A DNA stretch of 64,000 nt from Nemertoderma westbladi (lineage: Eukaryota > Animalia > Xenacoelomorpha), in the NCBI GenBank assembly GCA_032718475.1, contig JAUCBJ010004880.1, forward strand, positions 23,340 through 87,339. The letters are read 5' to 3'. This document shows positions 1 to 14,000 of this stretch, in pieces. The stretch's first letter is position 1; the number at the start of each line of letters is the position of its first letter. The notes beneath the pieces were generated by a model that worked only from the letters and a program-made list of their open reading frames with translations, searched no databases and had not been told where the DNA came from. The translations under genes were made by a program, and so were the position numbers.

Positions 1-305
1 GGGTTAACTGGCGGCAGAAGAGTAAAGTCCTCCACTACAAATTGAGGGCGAGGATCGAGGTTCTTAAATGCTTGGAGTTCAAAAATCGAGAGGATATCGC
101 AAATATATTTTTTGCGCTTATTATCACCGTTGTATTTCGTAGCAAATTTCTTAGTCACATCTCTATCGGAAATGAGTGATAGAACGGATGATCTCGCGTT
201 TTCGATGTCCGGCGTTTTAAACGAGGGCCAGCAAGTCATGGAGTCGACAACATCGTCAAAAAACAGCGCCTTTATGTACTCTCTGCCAAGCAAAGCAGAG
301 GACAT
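1..305 (-). mobile_element. 5' part of a LINE ORF1-like coding sequence (L2/RTEX-like), running off the window start
   Basis: Minus-strand frame open from ATG at 305 to the edge: MSSALLGRE...FKTPDIENARSSVL...KYNGDNKRKKYICDILSIF...PQFVVEDFTLLPPVNP. This resembles the F..EI..AK..L / G.NK....DI / P.FV..D...LPPV pattern of non-LTR ORF1 proteins (from memory). Confidence 0.55.
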
Positions 306-681
306 GGTCAAGGATTACATTGCTCTCCCCCATCGAAGCGAACTGGCTTAAGTGTGCCAGATCGATCAATAGCTAGTAGACCGGCAAACACCAAAATAGT
401 CAATACAGCAATGCAATTACTCAATATGATATGCGGTACAGTACAGCAGTACAGCAGTAACAATATTATTGAATATATATATATACACCATGTCCCGCAA
501 TATAGCTAAGTATATAATAAGCTATAATATGATTTGAGTTTTCATTCTTAAATATTTGATTATCATGTCGCATGGATTATAGCACTGGATGGATGGAACT
601 CAAACATACACCATAGCTTAATGATTAAAACTATTTATTGCATCAAATCCATATTAATCAAATATATATAGAACGATAATA

Positions 682-1565
682 CACCATGACCCGTAATATA
701 GTGTCATTTTCTGATGACACTGACACCCCCCTCCCTTCTACAGATTTTTCTACAAATCTGTATCATATTGCTTGAAATTTGAAACACCACTAGTTCTACT
801 CACCGTCGTTGACCCCATGAAGCCGGAATTTTCTATTTCGCCTTCAAATTTTTTTTATTAGCGTTTTAAAAAAGTGTCTTTTGCGAAATCGCACCATCCG
901 TATCGTGGACATTCTTCACAATAGTCGTAATATAGTCGTAATAATTATATCATTAAAAATCTTGCCTTGCAAGGATTAGAAATATGTAACAATATCTGAA
1001 TTTTGTTGAGAAACAGCTGAGATATAGGCGTTCAAATATTGCAAGAATTATTGTTCACTGAAGGCCATTTATTTTATTTAATAAATACACAATGTTCTGG
1101 AACATTTTGTTTAAGTATGAATAGCTACGCAATATATATATTGGATAGGAATACCGCTGTTCTAGAATTTTGTGTATTTATTTAATAGAATAAATGGCCT
1201 GCAGCGAACGATAATTCTTGCAATATTTGAACGCCTATATCTCAGCTGTTTCTCAACGAGATTCAGATATTGTTACATATTTGGAATCATTGCAACGCGA
1301 GCTTTTTAATGATATGAAAAAGTTACGACAAATGCGAAGAATGGCCACGATACTGAGGGTGCGATTTAGCAAAATGCACTTTTTTAAAACGCTTATAAAA
1401 AAAATTTAAAGGCAAAGTCGAAAATACCTGCTTCACTGGGTCATCGACGGTGAGTGGAACTAGTTGTGTTTCAAATTTCAAGCAATATGATAAAGATTTG
1501 TAGAAAAATCTGGGGGGGGGGGGTCCGTGTCATCAGAAAATGACACTATATTACGGGACATGGTG
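682..1565. mobile_element. Foldback-type MITE, family A copy 1 (TA TSD)
   Basis: TA|CACCATGACCCGTAATATAGTGTCATTTTCTGATG ... CATCAGAAAATGACACTATATTACGGGACATGGTG|TA; long, near-palindromic arms; second copy at 24790-25734; solo TIR fragment at 486-505. Confidence 0.85.
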
Positions 1566-1943
1566 TAATTATTATAGGGCTATCTATTAATGTAAACCCT
1601 ATAGGGCTCTTCAGGCAAACAAAAATATGACAGTTCGGACACCCACCCCCCCCCCCCCCCCCCCCTGCCAGATTTTCTACAAATCTTAATCAGATTACAT
1701 GAAATTTGAAACAAAGATAGTTTGACCTACATCCTCCGTTCTGAGAGAGCCGGAATTTTTATTTTCGCTTGAAAAAAGTTTCGCATCAATCAAAATGTAT
1801 CCATGTGCATACAGATACTTTAAATAATAATAACATATGATTAAATATATTAGTTGTGGATAATTCGTTTGTTATATCACCTAAAGGCTACTGGCATATG
1901 ATTACATAATTAAATAATTTATTGCTTTTTCTCATTAATCTAG

Positions 1944-2083
1944 GACAATACTGAAATGTTCTTCATCATAGTTTTTGGAGTTGAATGTGTTCTAAAAGTG
2001 ATCGCTTTAGGGTTAGTTCTACATAAAGGATCTTACCTGAGGTCATTATGGAATGTGCTCGATTTCATTGTTGTTGTCATTGG
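1944..2083 (+). CDS. CACNA1A/cac: Cav2 exon 1 in window (IS2-IS3)
   Basis: tag|[47 protein letters not shown]|gtgagt, 140 nt. Confidence 0.93.
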
Positions 2084-5000
2084 GTGAGTTTCCTTGGTTT
2101 GAAGTTGAAATTAGTATTTACCTTCACGTAGGCCTACTGAGATATGCAAACATATAAATTATTTTAAGGAGCTTTAGGACGGGGCACGCTCTAACCACAC
2201 TACAATACGTCCTTTGTTACCGGTGTAACCATCCATACTCCATATAACCCTTTATTTCCCTTCCCACCTTCCTATTTCCTAAATATATAGATACAAACGT
2301 TTTTTGCACTGCTTGTTCATCTGTGAAAAGATATACAATTCGGAAAGTCCTAATACAGATTTTATGGTTGAGACACAACAAATGCGAGGAATTTTCAGAA
2401 AGTGAAACATCTAACTTTGCATTACCTCATCTTATAAGGATAAACCTTTTGGTATTGTCCTCAGAATTACAATTTATTTTTATGGACACTCATCTTCGTG
2501 TGGCAGCCAATGTTGTATTCATGGATCGATACAGTAGTCTCCATTGACTTTGCTAGCCAAAAAAAATTGAAATGTAGAAGGAACATTTAACGAAATTTAT
2601 AAATTGTCATATTTAATGATGCACCACTTTTGGTTCCACACTATGAATTGAGTTTGCATACTCCCTACTCTCAATATCAATCAATTTCTCAAACCCAACC
2701 GACTTATTCCATGAAGATGACATATTTCACGGATTAAACATTACATTTTATCATTATACATTATTATTGATATTTTTCATTATAAATTTTCTTGATATCA
2801 TAATGATAATGATTGATAATCTACATGATATGGTTTTCTCTAAATCTCGCATATTACCCTAAAAATTAGCCCAGTTAAGAGGAAGAGGAAGAGGTGTTGG
2901 TTGCGGGAAGGACTGGCTGAGTAGGGTAGAAAGGATTATATTGATTCTCTCTTCTTTATAGATTTTTATATTTCTCGAATATGCGAGAACTGTCACAGTC
3001 TCTGTGTCACAGTCCGAGTCGTACAGTAGTTATTTACTGGTCTACTGTAGCAGTAATAGTTGTTCGGTGTAGTGTAGTTCGGCGGGAACGCATTTCCCCT
3101 ATAAATCAGTTGAAGTACTTATATGTGCGGTGCTGCCTCATGTATTTTACGTATATATGAGTACCGGAAATATACGAAAAAAATATGTTACCTCCCCCAT
3201 CAATAGATTAATTAATTTAACTAAAGATGAAACTGCGTTCACACAATCACTCAGGGCGTTCCGGGTGCTACGACCTCTAAAACTTGTTTCGGGAGTTCCA
3301 AGTGAGTTGCAAATATATTAACGTTTAACATTTCAATGAAATTGTGTAAAGTGTTTAGTTAGAATGAATAATAGGGAATTTCAAATATTGCAAATCATAT
3401 CGTTTGGCTATGTCAACTCTATGTAAAAGAGACTGGTGGTGGTGGGGGGACAATTACAGTAAATCATAATTTAGCAAATTCAACATTGCTACTTATCAAT
3501 TTATCGAAAGGATAAGGTTGCTGTGACAATCAATATAATAGAGTCAATAGCATATGTACTATGCGCAATATGTCATTGTTGCATATTATAACATACATAT
3601 AATATTACATATTATATGTTTGCGTTGATTTTCACCTTTTGTGGGTATAGGCCAACATCAACCCCCATATTTGATTGAAAACATTATTCAATTCCATTTA
3701 TTTCTAGGTTTACAGGTAGTGGTAAGATCCATTGTCAGAGCAATGGCTCCCTTGATGCAAATAGCGCTACTTCTACTTTTCGCTGTAATTATTTTTGCTA
3801 TTATGGGAATGGAAGTTTTTATGAAACTGTTTCACAACTCCTGTGTTGATAATACTACAGGTAAGAAACGATTAGAACGTTCTAAGGGACACACGACTGT
3901 GGTTAGTTTGCAACCTAAAACGGGTGTCTAAGGTATACTACAGGTAAGAAACGATTAGAACATTCTAAGGGACACACGACTGTGGTCAGTTTGCAACCTA
4001 AAACGGGTGTCTAAGGTATACTACAGGTAAGAAACGATTAGAACATTCTAAGGGACACACGACTGTGGTCAGTTTGCAACCTAAAACGGGTATCTAAGGT
4101 TTTAACATTTATGGCCAATTGTCCATAAGGGTCGCCAGTTACATCATATACTGCTGCTCTGTTTCTAAAAAATATACATTTCACTTATTATTTTACAAAA
4201 TAGTTATTGAATGACTTTACCGCAAATTTGAAAGTATCATTGTAAGGTGTAATTAAATTACATCAAATCACCACAACGATAACAAGCCGTCTTATTTTCA
4301 AGTAATTTCGAGGGAAAATCGTTTATATATTCTTATTAAATATGACAATTGCAATCTCCATTCCTACCTTAAGGGGGGGTAGCGTGTTTTTGGTCAAAAT
4401 TTTCGAATTTTCATTTTCAATCCTATCTTGTAGAGAATTTAACGGGGAATCTGAATCTGATTTTGGTTTGTTCATAGCTTTTTAAGATAAGATAGTCATA
4501 ATAGGTCATAATAGTTTTATTTCTGTTTCATTATTTACTTTGCTGTTATAGGCCTATTAGCCACCAGGTATTCTTCATTATTCAGTAGGCCTGCTTTGCG
4601 TTTGATTGTAAATATGATAACAGATAGTGTCATAAGTATTATACAATACAATGCAATTTAAGAAGCGTCGGGAACAGATTAGACGTCTATGGAAGGATCG
4701 AAGATCAGAAAAAACTGTAGAGTGTAAAGAAGGAATTTCTAATAGTAAAAGGAAAACAATTACTAAACTAGATGCATTACATACTATAAAATCTTACAAG
4801 AAGGAGATTACCAGTATAGGATATCAAATGCTCCATCTATCAAGTTTACGGGAAGCTATAGAACTGGTCCATTCCTCTGGTGGTTGTAGTGGAGTTATTA
4901 ATCTATCATCTGCGAAATTCATTGGTATTGACAATAGAATCGAGATTAGCTGTGCAATATGTCAATTTACACATCTGATGACATGTGGACCACGATTAGA

Positions 5001-8000
5001 TCCAAAACTTCCAATATCTTCATCTAGTAAACAGTTAAATACTCATGTTGCTTATGCAATTACTGAATTGGTTCTTGGACTTGAGGCCATATATACGATT
5101 GCAGAGATTCTTGATATGCCTTGTAAAATGGCCAAAACAACATTTTCCTCATATGTGAAAGAACTGTCTGACATCTATGATGAGGTTGTGACAGAGACAT
5201 TAGCTGAGGCTCGGTGCGAACTACGCAATGATAAGCATAATGTCCCAGTAGCAGTAAGTGGAGATGCTTCCTGGCATAAACGCGGCCATACATCTTTATA
5301 TGGAATTGGATATGTAATAGCGATGGATTCTGGGAAAGTGTTGGATTATGATATACGGTCAAAGATCTGCCAAGAGGCTGAGTTTCATTGTAAAGAGAAA
5401 GAAACTGATAAGTACAAGGCATGCCATGAGGCTGAGTTTCATAGTAAAGAGAAAGAAACTGATAAGTACAAGGCATGGTTCAAGCGGTTCCATGGAACCC
5501 GCGATTATGAAAGAAATATGTGAAAGATCTAATAGCCTCCGTAATGATGATAGTCATGGTCTAAGATATTCTCACTTCATAAGTGATGGGGACACTAATA
5601 GCTTTTCTGCAGTTTCTTCTGTATATGGTGTTTCCAAACAGTGTAAGAAATACTTAGAGATGAGCGAGTGGGAAAAACATTCATTCAATGAAACTACCAC
5701 TGGTATCCAATATTGGCAAGATCATGAGGATGGTAAAGTACAATGAGAATGTGTAACAAAGTAGATTGTATCAACCATGTGCAAAAACGGGTCCACAAAG
5801 CACTACGAGATGTTGTTGCCCTAACCAAGGGTAAACTGGATGATGGAAAGTTTGTTGGTGGTGCTTCTCATCGATTGACTCATACGACATGTGCCAAACT
5901 GGCATCGTACTATGGAAAAGCGATTCGCAGCAATTCCCATAGAATGAAGGAAGAAACAAAACCAGTGCATATCAAACGAATGCAGAATGCAATACTGGCT
6001 TCATTCCGACATTGTATCATGCATGGAACAGGAAGAGACCATCTACTGCCCTAAAGGAGATAACTCGTGGTTCCAGTACCAACGAACTGGAGTTCCACCA
6101 ACCGATAAACCACATCATTTGGATGCAGTGTTCTTGGAACTATTACTGCCCATATTCAAGAGATTTTATGATAGGAAGCTATTAGAACGGTGTCTACCAG
6201 CATATACCCAAACTCAAATGAAAGTATTTATGGAATGGTGTGGAATCGTGTCCCAAAACACCGATTCTTTGGTCCTGAACGAATCAAATTAGCTGTTTGG
6301 AGCACTTTGGTAACCTTCAATAAAGGGTCATATGGAAGACAACTTGTTCTAGCTAAGATTAATAAACAAACTCTAGAAAAGACAACTTGTTCTAGCTAAG
6401 ATTAATAAACAAACTCTAGAAACTAGACATAGAACATCAAGATCTTCAATTTCATTGACAATTCGAAGGGACATAAGAAGGGCAAAGAAGGTTCTAGATG
6501 CTGCGAAGAAGAAGCAAGAGCAAAATATTGTGAATTGTCTTATGTCGCAGGTGGATTTGGTGGACTTTGATGATCATTCTGATAAACATTTGTGTTGGTA
6601 ATGATTATTTCTATATTACACTTGTCTAGTAACTATGCATTAGTGAAAGCATGTCCTAATCTAATCATTTGAACCAGTATTTTAGTATCCAATGTTGATT
6701 AAATGTCTTCGTAGTATTCAATCGCGATTTACAGAAAATGACATTTTTACTCATCGGAGATCTTCAAAATGTATAATCTCCAGTTCTAGTGGTCGTATGA
6801 AGTTCGTTTTAGGCTCATTCGGAAGCTCTTTTCTCAGAGAACAAAGTTACCATTTGGTTTAAGATAAAATGCTGATGCAACACCACATGTATTTGGGTAA
6901 AATATGCCTTGCGAATTTTGTTCAAGATATGATTGCGCAGCCAGCTTTCAAGAGTTTGCCAAACCAAATGGTAACTTTGTTCTCCGCGAAAAGAGCTTTC
7001 GAATGAGCCTAAAATGAGCCTAAAAAACTTCATACGACCACTAGTACTTGAGATTATACATTTTGAAGATCTCCGATTAGCGATAAGTCTATTCCGTGTA
7101 ATCCCGCATAGACCGCAGAGTCGCAAAATTGAGTCCCGTTATTGTTCCGGAGACATGAAGTTGTCTTACAAACGGACTAGTAGGCCCAATAATCATAAAA
7201 AATACCTTCTCAATTAAAATTTTGTGCTCTTTCTCATGGAGACATCCAATTGGCACCACTGAGAAGATAAATTTGCATAAATTGAATGCAAACCCCAAAC
7301 GAGTACTAAACTAAACGAGCAAACCCCAAATAAGTAGCGAAATAGAAAACGCACTATTGCTCGAACCAAATCATAGTATTATCTTACAAGGTGATTTCAA
7401 CATTAACTTATTAGACACAAAAAATAAAACTACACGCGATATCCACGAAATACTAAATACATACGACATAAAATCATTAAACAACACTATACCTACTCGT
7501 TACACAAAATCATCTGAAACATTAATAGATTTAGTACTGCCAAATATCCCCAGCGCACACATCATTGAAAGTCTGGTCTTCTTCTGTGATTTCTCAGACC
7601 ATGAGTACACGCTTACCTCTTTGAACCTGAAAATTAATTCCAAATTAAAAATTAACGAAAAAATATCATATAGGGACTTTTCAATTTTTTTCGAATATAA
7701 ATTTCTATTTGATATTTCACAAATAAATTGGAATCCCTTATATAATGAAAATGATACGAATACAAAAATTAATTTCTTTGAAAATCAGTTAGAAACAATT
7801 TTAAACAAACACGCACCAATTAAGTATAAAACTGTAAGTAATAAACAAACATACCGTGGTAACGACGTGCAATGGCTCACACCGGAACTATCACAACTGC
7901 GTACTGTAAAGGAAAACAAACTTTCAATCTGGCGACGCTCCAAAACCCTTGAAGATTTTAATAATTTTAAACATGCCCGTAATAGCTTTAATAATCTTAA

Positions 8001-11000
8001 TAAAAAATTGAAAAACAAATATATTAAGGATAAATTCCTAAATCAGAGAACAGCTAAAGGAAAGTGGGCGATAATTAACAGCATACTAAATAAAAATATT
8101 CTATCTACTACACCGGAAATAAAATACAACGGTCGTCTATTAACTCGTCCATTAGACATAGCTAAAACATTTAATGATATTTTCATAGATATAGGAAAAT
8201 TTACCGGTCTAGATAACACATTAAATTGGACTCAATATAGGGCACCGAATGTAATAGATCATATAGCAGAACCGAAATTTTCCTTCCACTGCATCTCCAC
8301 TCTTGACATTTTTGAAGCTCTAACCAAACTATCTAACAATAAACCCTCCGGCCCCAGTTCGATCCCTACTAGAATCTTTAAATTATCTGCAGGATTTATC
8401 AGCTCTCCACTTTCAAATATTATTAATGACTCAATAACTAAATCAATTTTCCCAAATCAACTAAAAATATCTAACGTTACCCCTGTATACAAGAAAGGCG
8501 ACGAATATGACCCAACTAATTACCGTCCAATCTCAGTCACGCACCCAATAGCTAAAATATTCGAAAAAATACTAGTCACGCAAATCGAACACTACCTCTA
8601 AAAAATAACATTTTAACACCATTTCAATTTGGCTTCCGCCGTAAAAGGTTTTCCACTTCTGATGCAATAACATACGCTACAGAAGCATGGCGGTATGACC
8701 TGGATCGTGGTTACCATGTTGCTGTAGCCTTCCTTGACCTTAGCAAGGCTTTCAACTCTCTGGACCATGATACACTAATAACACACCTAACTGATCTAGG
8801 ATTCGAAACAAATGCTTGCAACATGATTAAAAATTACTTACACGACAGACAACAACGAGTTAAAATAGGCCATACATTTTCACCATTCCTTATAGAGAAA
8901 CGAGGGGTCCCCCAAGGACACTCCTTGGCCCCCTTCTCTTCTCCTTATATACTAATTCTACTCCAAATTTAACCTCAAAAGATGCAAATCTCATACAATA
9001 TGCCGATGATACTGCTCTCTATGTCAGCTCCAAAAACGCATCAACTGCTACTGTAGATTTAGCTAAAAATGTACAAAACTTGACCAATGTATTCGCAAAA
9101 TTAAAATTAAAATTGAACCCGGATAAAACTGAATTTTTACTATTAACACCAAAATATACTCGAACCGCAAATAACATTGACTCAATACAATTAAAAATAA
9201 ATGACACCTCAATAATTAGCCAATCTAACTGCATTAAATATCTCGGCGTCCTAATCAACAACAAACTAAGTTGGACCGATCATATAAACAACATAATCAA
9301 AAAAATGTCCACCAGCATTGCAAGTCTTAGGAAAATTAAAGGTCAGTTGCCGCTCAAAACGAAAATCCAATTATATAAAACCTTTGTTCTCCCTTACCAT
9401 CATTATTGCTGTCAATTCCTAATATCTCACCATAATGTTCATGGATTTAAAGACATATTATATAAATTAGAAAAAATTCAGAATTACGGTCTACGATGTA
9501 CCTTTAATAAACGATGCAAAGACGTAACGGCAACTGACCTCAGAACCAAATCGAAAATACCCCTACTATCTGCTTTCCGTGAATATTACGGTCTCCTATT
9601 TTTCTATAAATATATCTACAATATATCTGCCCCTTTTAAAAATCTTGATCTCCCGCTGCTCCCAAGAAACACCCAGATCTTAAATAGACGCACATACAAA
9701 ATCCGCTTACCTAGATGCCACAACCAATTTGGACATTACAGTCTCACTACACAGCTAATTAAACTATGGAACAAACTACCCATTCATATTAGACAAACAA
9801 ACACTTTACAACATTTTAAACTTAAATTAAAGGGTCTATTACTCAAAAGATTTACTCGCGAGGAGGTCACATAGAGGAAGCTCAATTACCACACCTCTAA
9901 CACTATTTACTTTTCCCGTATACAGTATACACTACTCAAGTTGCAGGGCCCTTACGTATGTGTGTAACTGATTGTGTTTGTGTGGTATGTATGTATTCTA
10001 ATATTAGTGGGGGGGGGGGGGGGGGGGGGGGTGGTGAGGAGCGGGAGGAGGCGTATAATTTTAGCTACGTGGTGTATGGATTGGGATTGCTTGTTCACAT
10101 TTTTTATATTTTAATTATTTACCGGTTATGTATGTAGACATTTACTAATATCGTCGCGTACTTAAGCGATGATATAGTGTTTAATTTTGTTGGTTACCGG
10201 TGAAATACTGTAGACACCTTTACATATAATTTCCTTAATTATAAGTCCCTATCTTGTGTAGAGACTTCCCCATTCGTGCAATCACTATGGGTACCAAAGG
10301 AATAATAATAATAATAATAGCAAACTTCATCGCCTTTACCGATATCGCGATATATCGGAGCCAGTATCCTCTACCCCAGATATCTCGAAAAATCAGTAGT
10401 TCCACCTTGGTGTAGTGGTCGCATTGAATTCACATCTCCCGTAGGTCGTGGGTTCGATCCTCACACGGGCCAGGGCAGTTTTCGTTTCGGCACGAATGCT
10501 TTAAAGGGACCAGCCAGGGCGCATCTCTGCCTTGCATCCTTAAGTGGTAGCTAAATGAGTACTGGAGTTTCCTCTGGGGAGTAAAGTTCTGGAAATAAGT
10601 TTAATATGTTTATGTAATATGTTTAAAAAATTCGACTTTTTGGTCAGAAAATGCGCTTAAATAGAATAAATGACCTCCTATCTATGGATTAATATTTAGC
10701 TGAGCGTTTAAAACTCTACATGTTTCTTCATTATGCGTAATTAATATTCTAGAATTGAGTAAAAAACGTTAGAATTATATCGATTTACGTGTCAAAATGT
10801 ATAGGCCTACCTTAGTTATTGGTGAAATTTAAAACGGTTTTCTGATTCCGAATCTGCAGATGAGGGCGGTTCTAATGATAACTAGATTTCATTCCAAAGA
10901 CGAAAAATAAAGCCGACGGAGGTGCCTAAATATTGCGAAATAGGCGATTTTTGACGGCTTGTTGTATCGAAATAGCTCATAAATTGATAGCCAACAAACT

Positions 11001-14000
11001 ATCAACATACCAAATTTCGAAGCATATGATTTAAATTTGAACTTGAAATTTGAATTATAAACTCATTTTTGAGTTTTTTTTTATCTGAAACAAATGGCAA
11101 ACATTTCTGAACGAAAAAAGTTTCCTTTTTTTCATTTTTTTTTTCATTTTTTTTTAATTTTTTTTTAATTTTTTTTAAATGAATTTTTGAAATTTTTTGA
11201 ATGAAATTCTGCATCAAATAGGATATGTTTCAAAAATTCGACTTTTTGGTCAGAAAACGCGCTACCCCCCCTTAAATGAATAAAATAAAGCCTCAGAGAA
11301 TCATGGAAAAAATCATGTTATTTAAGACATACATGCGATACAATCAATCACAAGCAATGAGACACCATTGCTATCGGTATCAACACATCATTGCCAAAGC
11401 AAAGTGCTTCATTAAAGGGATATTTATATTTTTGATCGCCAACTACAGCCGTGTATGTGGCTGATGCAGCCGGTATTGAATATTAATAATCTAGGAACAT
11501 ATAATAAATATATTAAGTAAATAAAATAATTAAATGACTTCTATTATCATGTCGGAATTATATCAATATGTTTATAAACAGTATTACATATTTTATTAGA
11601 TACCGTTGAGTCTGTGGAGGAACGTAGAATATGTTCCCCGTACGATGGAGACCCCCCGACAGAAGGTCTGTTGTATCCAGGTAGCCCCTACTACTGCCCC
11701 ATCGGCCAGTACTGTAAGGCCGGCTCCTGGGACGGCCCTAATCTCGGGATAACCAAATTCGATGATATCGGATATGCCTGCCTAACTGTGTTCCAATGTA
11801 TCACTATGGAGGGATGGACAGATGTCCTGTATTATGTTAGTTCATTAATAAATGTTACCATTATTAATGGTACTTTGATAACCAATGCCCAGAGTGTTAA
11901 ATAATTAGAATCCCAAAAGGGTGCTTATAATATAAGCATTAGGCTTATTCCCCAAGTCGGTGAACGTTGTTGTACAATAAAATAATCAGACACCTCACAA
12001 TATCCGTTAATTTTGCCCTAAAATGAGGTTATTTTTTCTTATTTTTAAATTATTTATAATTTTTAAGTCATTTAAATTATTTTAGTAATACAGAATATCG
12101 AATTAATAATAGCAATAATAAAACAATATTTAACAACGATAAGAATGTCATAAGAATACATATTTTTATTGATGTTTATAATATTGGTGGTACAGTGCAG
12201 TACAAAATTACAAAACTCTGAAAACACAATGACCCACATACCCATTATTCCAACCACATACAGAAATAAACCAGATTTAATGACGCCGCTAAATAAAAGG
12301 AAAATTACTTTTTCTAGGTTAATGGTTATATGCATCTTTATTGGGCTGTTTGCTATTTTGTTCCGCTGATATTCTTTGGGTCTTTCTTTATGCTCAATCT
12401 TGTTCTCGGAGTTCTAAGTGGGTAAGTATATTTTTATTATGTTATGATCAGACTAAATTGTTTGAATATATTTGGTTAGCTATATATAATATTTAATTGT
12501 ACTTATCACTGATTTTTGGGTATATCTTTTGCGTAGAGGTATAGCCTACATAGAGGCTTCATGTAGGTATGTGTAGCCTACATGTAGATGCACGTGTAGG
12601 GTGAATGTAGGTAGGTGTAGTCCCATAGATATTAATGTAATTTATGTGTCAACTTGCAGTAACGTGATACACGGTCGTCAATCAGGATGTATGGCAATAA
12701 TCTCTGATCTCCACGGTACAATACGGTACATCAACCTGCAGACCTGTCTGCTGTCAGACAACAGGTTTTACTGCATACTGCAGTACTGTATAAATATCAA
12801 ACATCGCGTTCTGATTATACTAAAGTCCCTTACTCGTCATAAATATTATGCCCTAATAAATTTGAGTATGCTAACGCCACGAAAGGCATCGTTCCATTAG
12901 ATTAACTCGTTCTGTTCTGATTTATATGTTTATTGAGTAAGAGTAACCTAAACAAAAACAGGCATCATCGCGGGGACTATAGTCTACCAGAAACCCTGAC
13001 CCCGCTCTGCCCCTCTTTATCTGTTTATCAACCATACATCCATGGGACTTGAACAGTACTTCAGCATTGAAATGTTTTGGACGTTTTGTTTTGAAAGTAA
13101 AAATATAGAAGTCTGGAAGTTTTGTTTGTTTTAATTTTTCAGGCAGTCACATTCCACCAACCAGCAACAGTCCCATCCCTTCCCACTATCCCGCGGACCA
13201 CCACACTGTTTCATTATAAAGTATTCCCATCTCGATGATGGGAATTAATCAGTAATCCGATGGGATTCAAATCCCATCTCGAAGTAACAGCAAAACAATA
13301 ACACGAAAGTCAATAGCATTACAGTTATATCTGATTGCATTGAAAGTTAATAGAAAGAAGAAGTTAAATTGCATATCCATTAAAATATCATGAAATTGAT
13401 ACGGCAGTTTAGTAGATTAAAACGGCCACAGCAAGATGTATAAAATGAAAAATAAGTAAAATCAGCACAGCACACAATATTATCAATATAGACATTGAAG
13501 ACAATTTAATAAACAAATACTATAAAAAAATATCTACTAACAATCAATACATGATATATATAATATATATATACATCAGCGACTACCATCGCCACTCTGG
13601 TTCAATCAGTCAGTCCGGTATCATTGTTAGCGTTTTGTTGAATCACCCACTCATCCTCAGACCCTTATGTACACCGACGACGAGCTCTAACCCTAACCTT
13701 TAGTCGATTCCTCCTTGACTGGAAACATCAGGTTCGGGCCGTTCGGCCCATACAAAGTCATTAGCCTCCATGCCTGAACCCGCAGGATCATAAGATCTAC
13801 AGTATGTATCGGTATATCGTTCAGTCGTTTTTTCCTTTGTCAGTACTGTAGTATTGATAGGCTCCGTCTCGTGGGTATTCAGGGGACCCCCATTCGACGT
13901 ATTCGCATCTCCTCCTGGTTGTCTCGGGTACCACCGCCCGCCATATGCGCATCTCTTCGTGGTTGTTCCGGGTACCACCCCCGTTCGCCGCATTCGCATC

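Larger units (their letters stand above)
4373..11271 (+). mobile_element. Kolobok-type DNA transposon (TTAA TSD) with decayed transposase and nested insertions
   Basis: TTAA|GGGGGGGTAGCGTGTTTT ... AAAACGCGCTACCCCCCC|TTAA imperfect TIRs; transposase pseudogene inside. Confidence 0.8.

Noticed and set aside
112-351. 79-aa + strand ORF
   Set aside because: Antisense shadow of the minus-strand LINE ORF1-like frame.
10400-10470. tRNA gene
   Set aside because: A and B boxes are present, but there is no complete cloverleaf and a SINE body follows.
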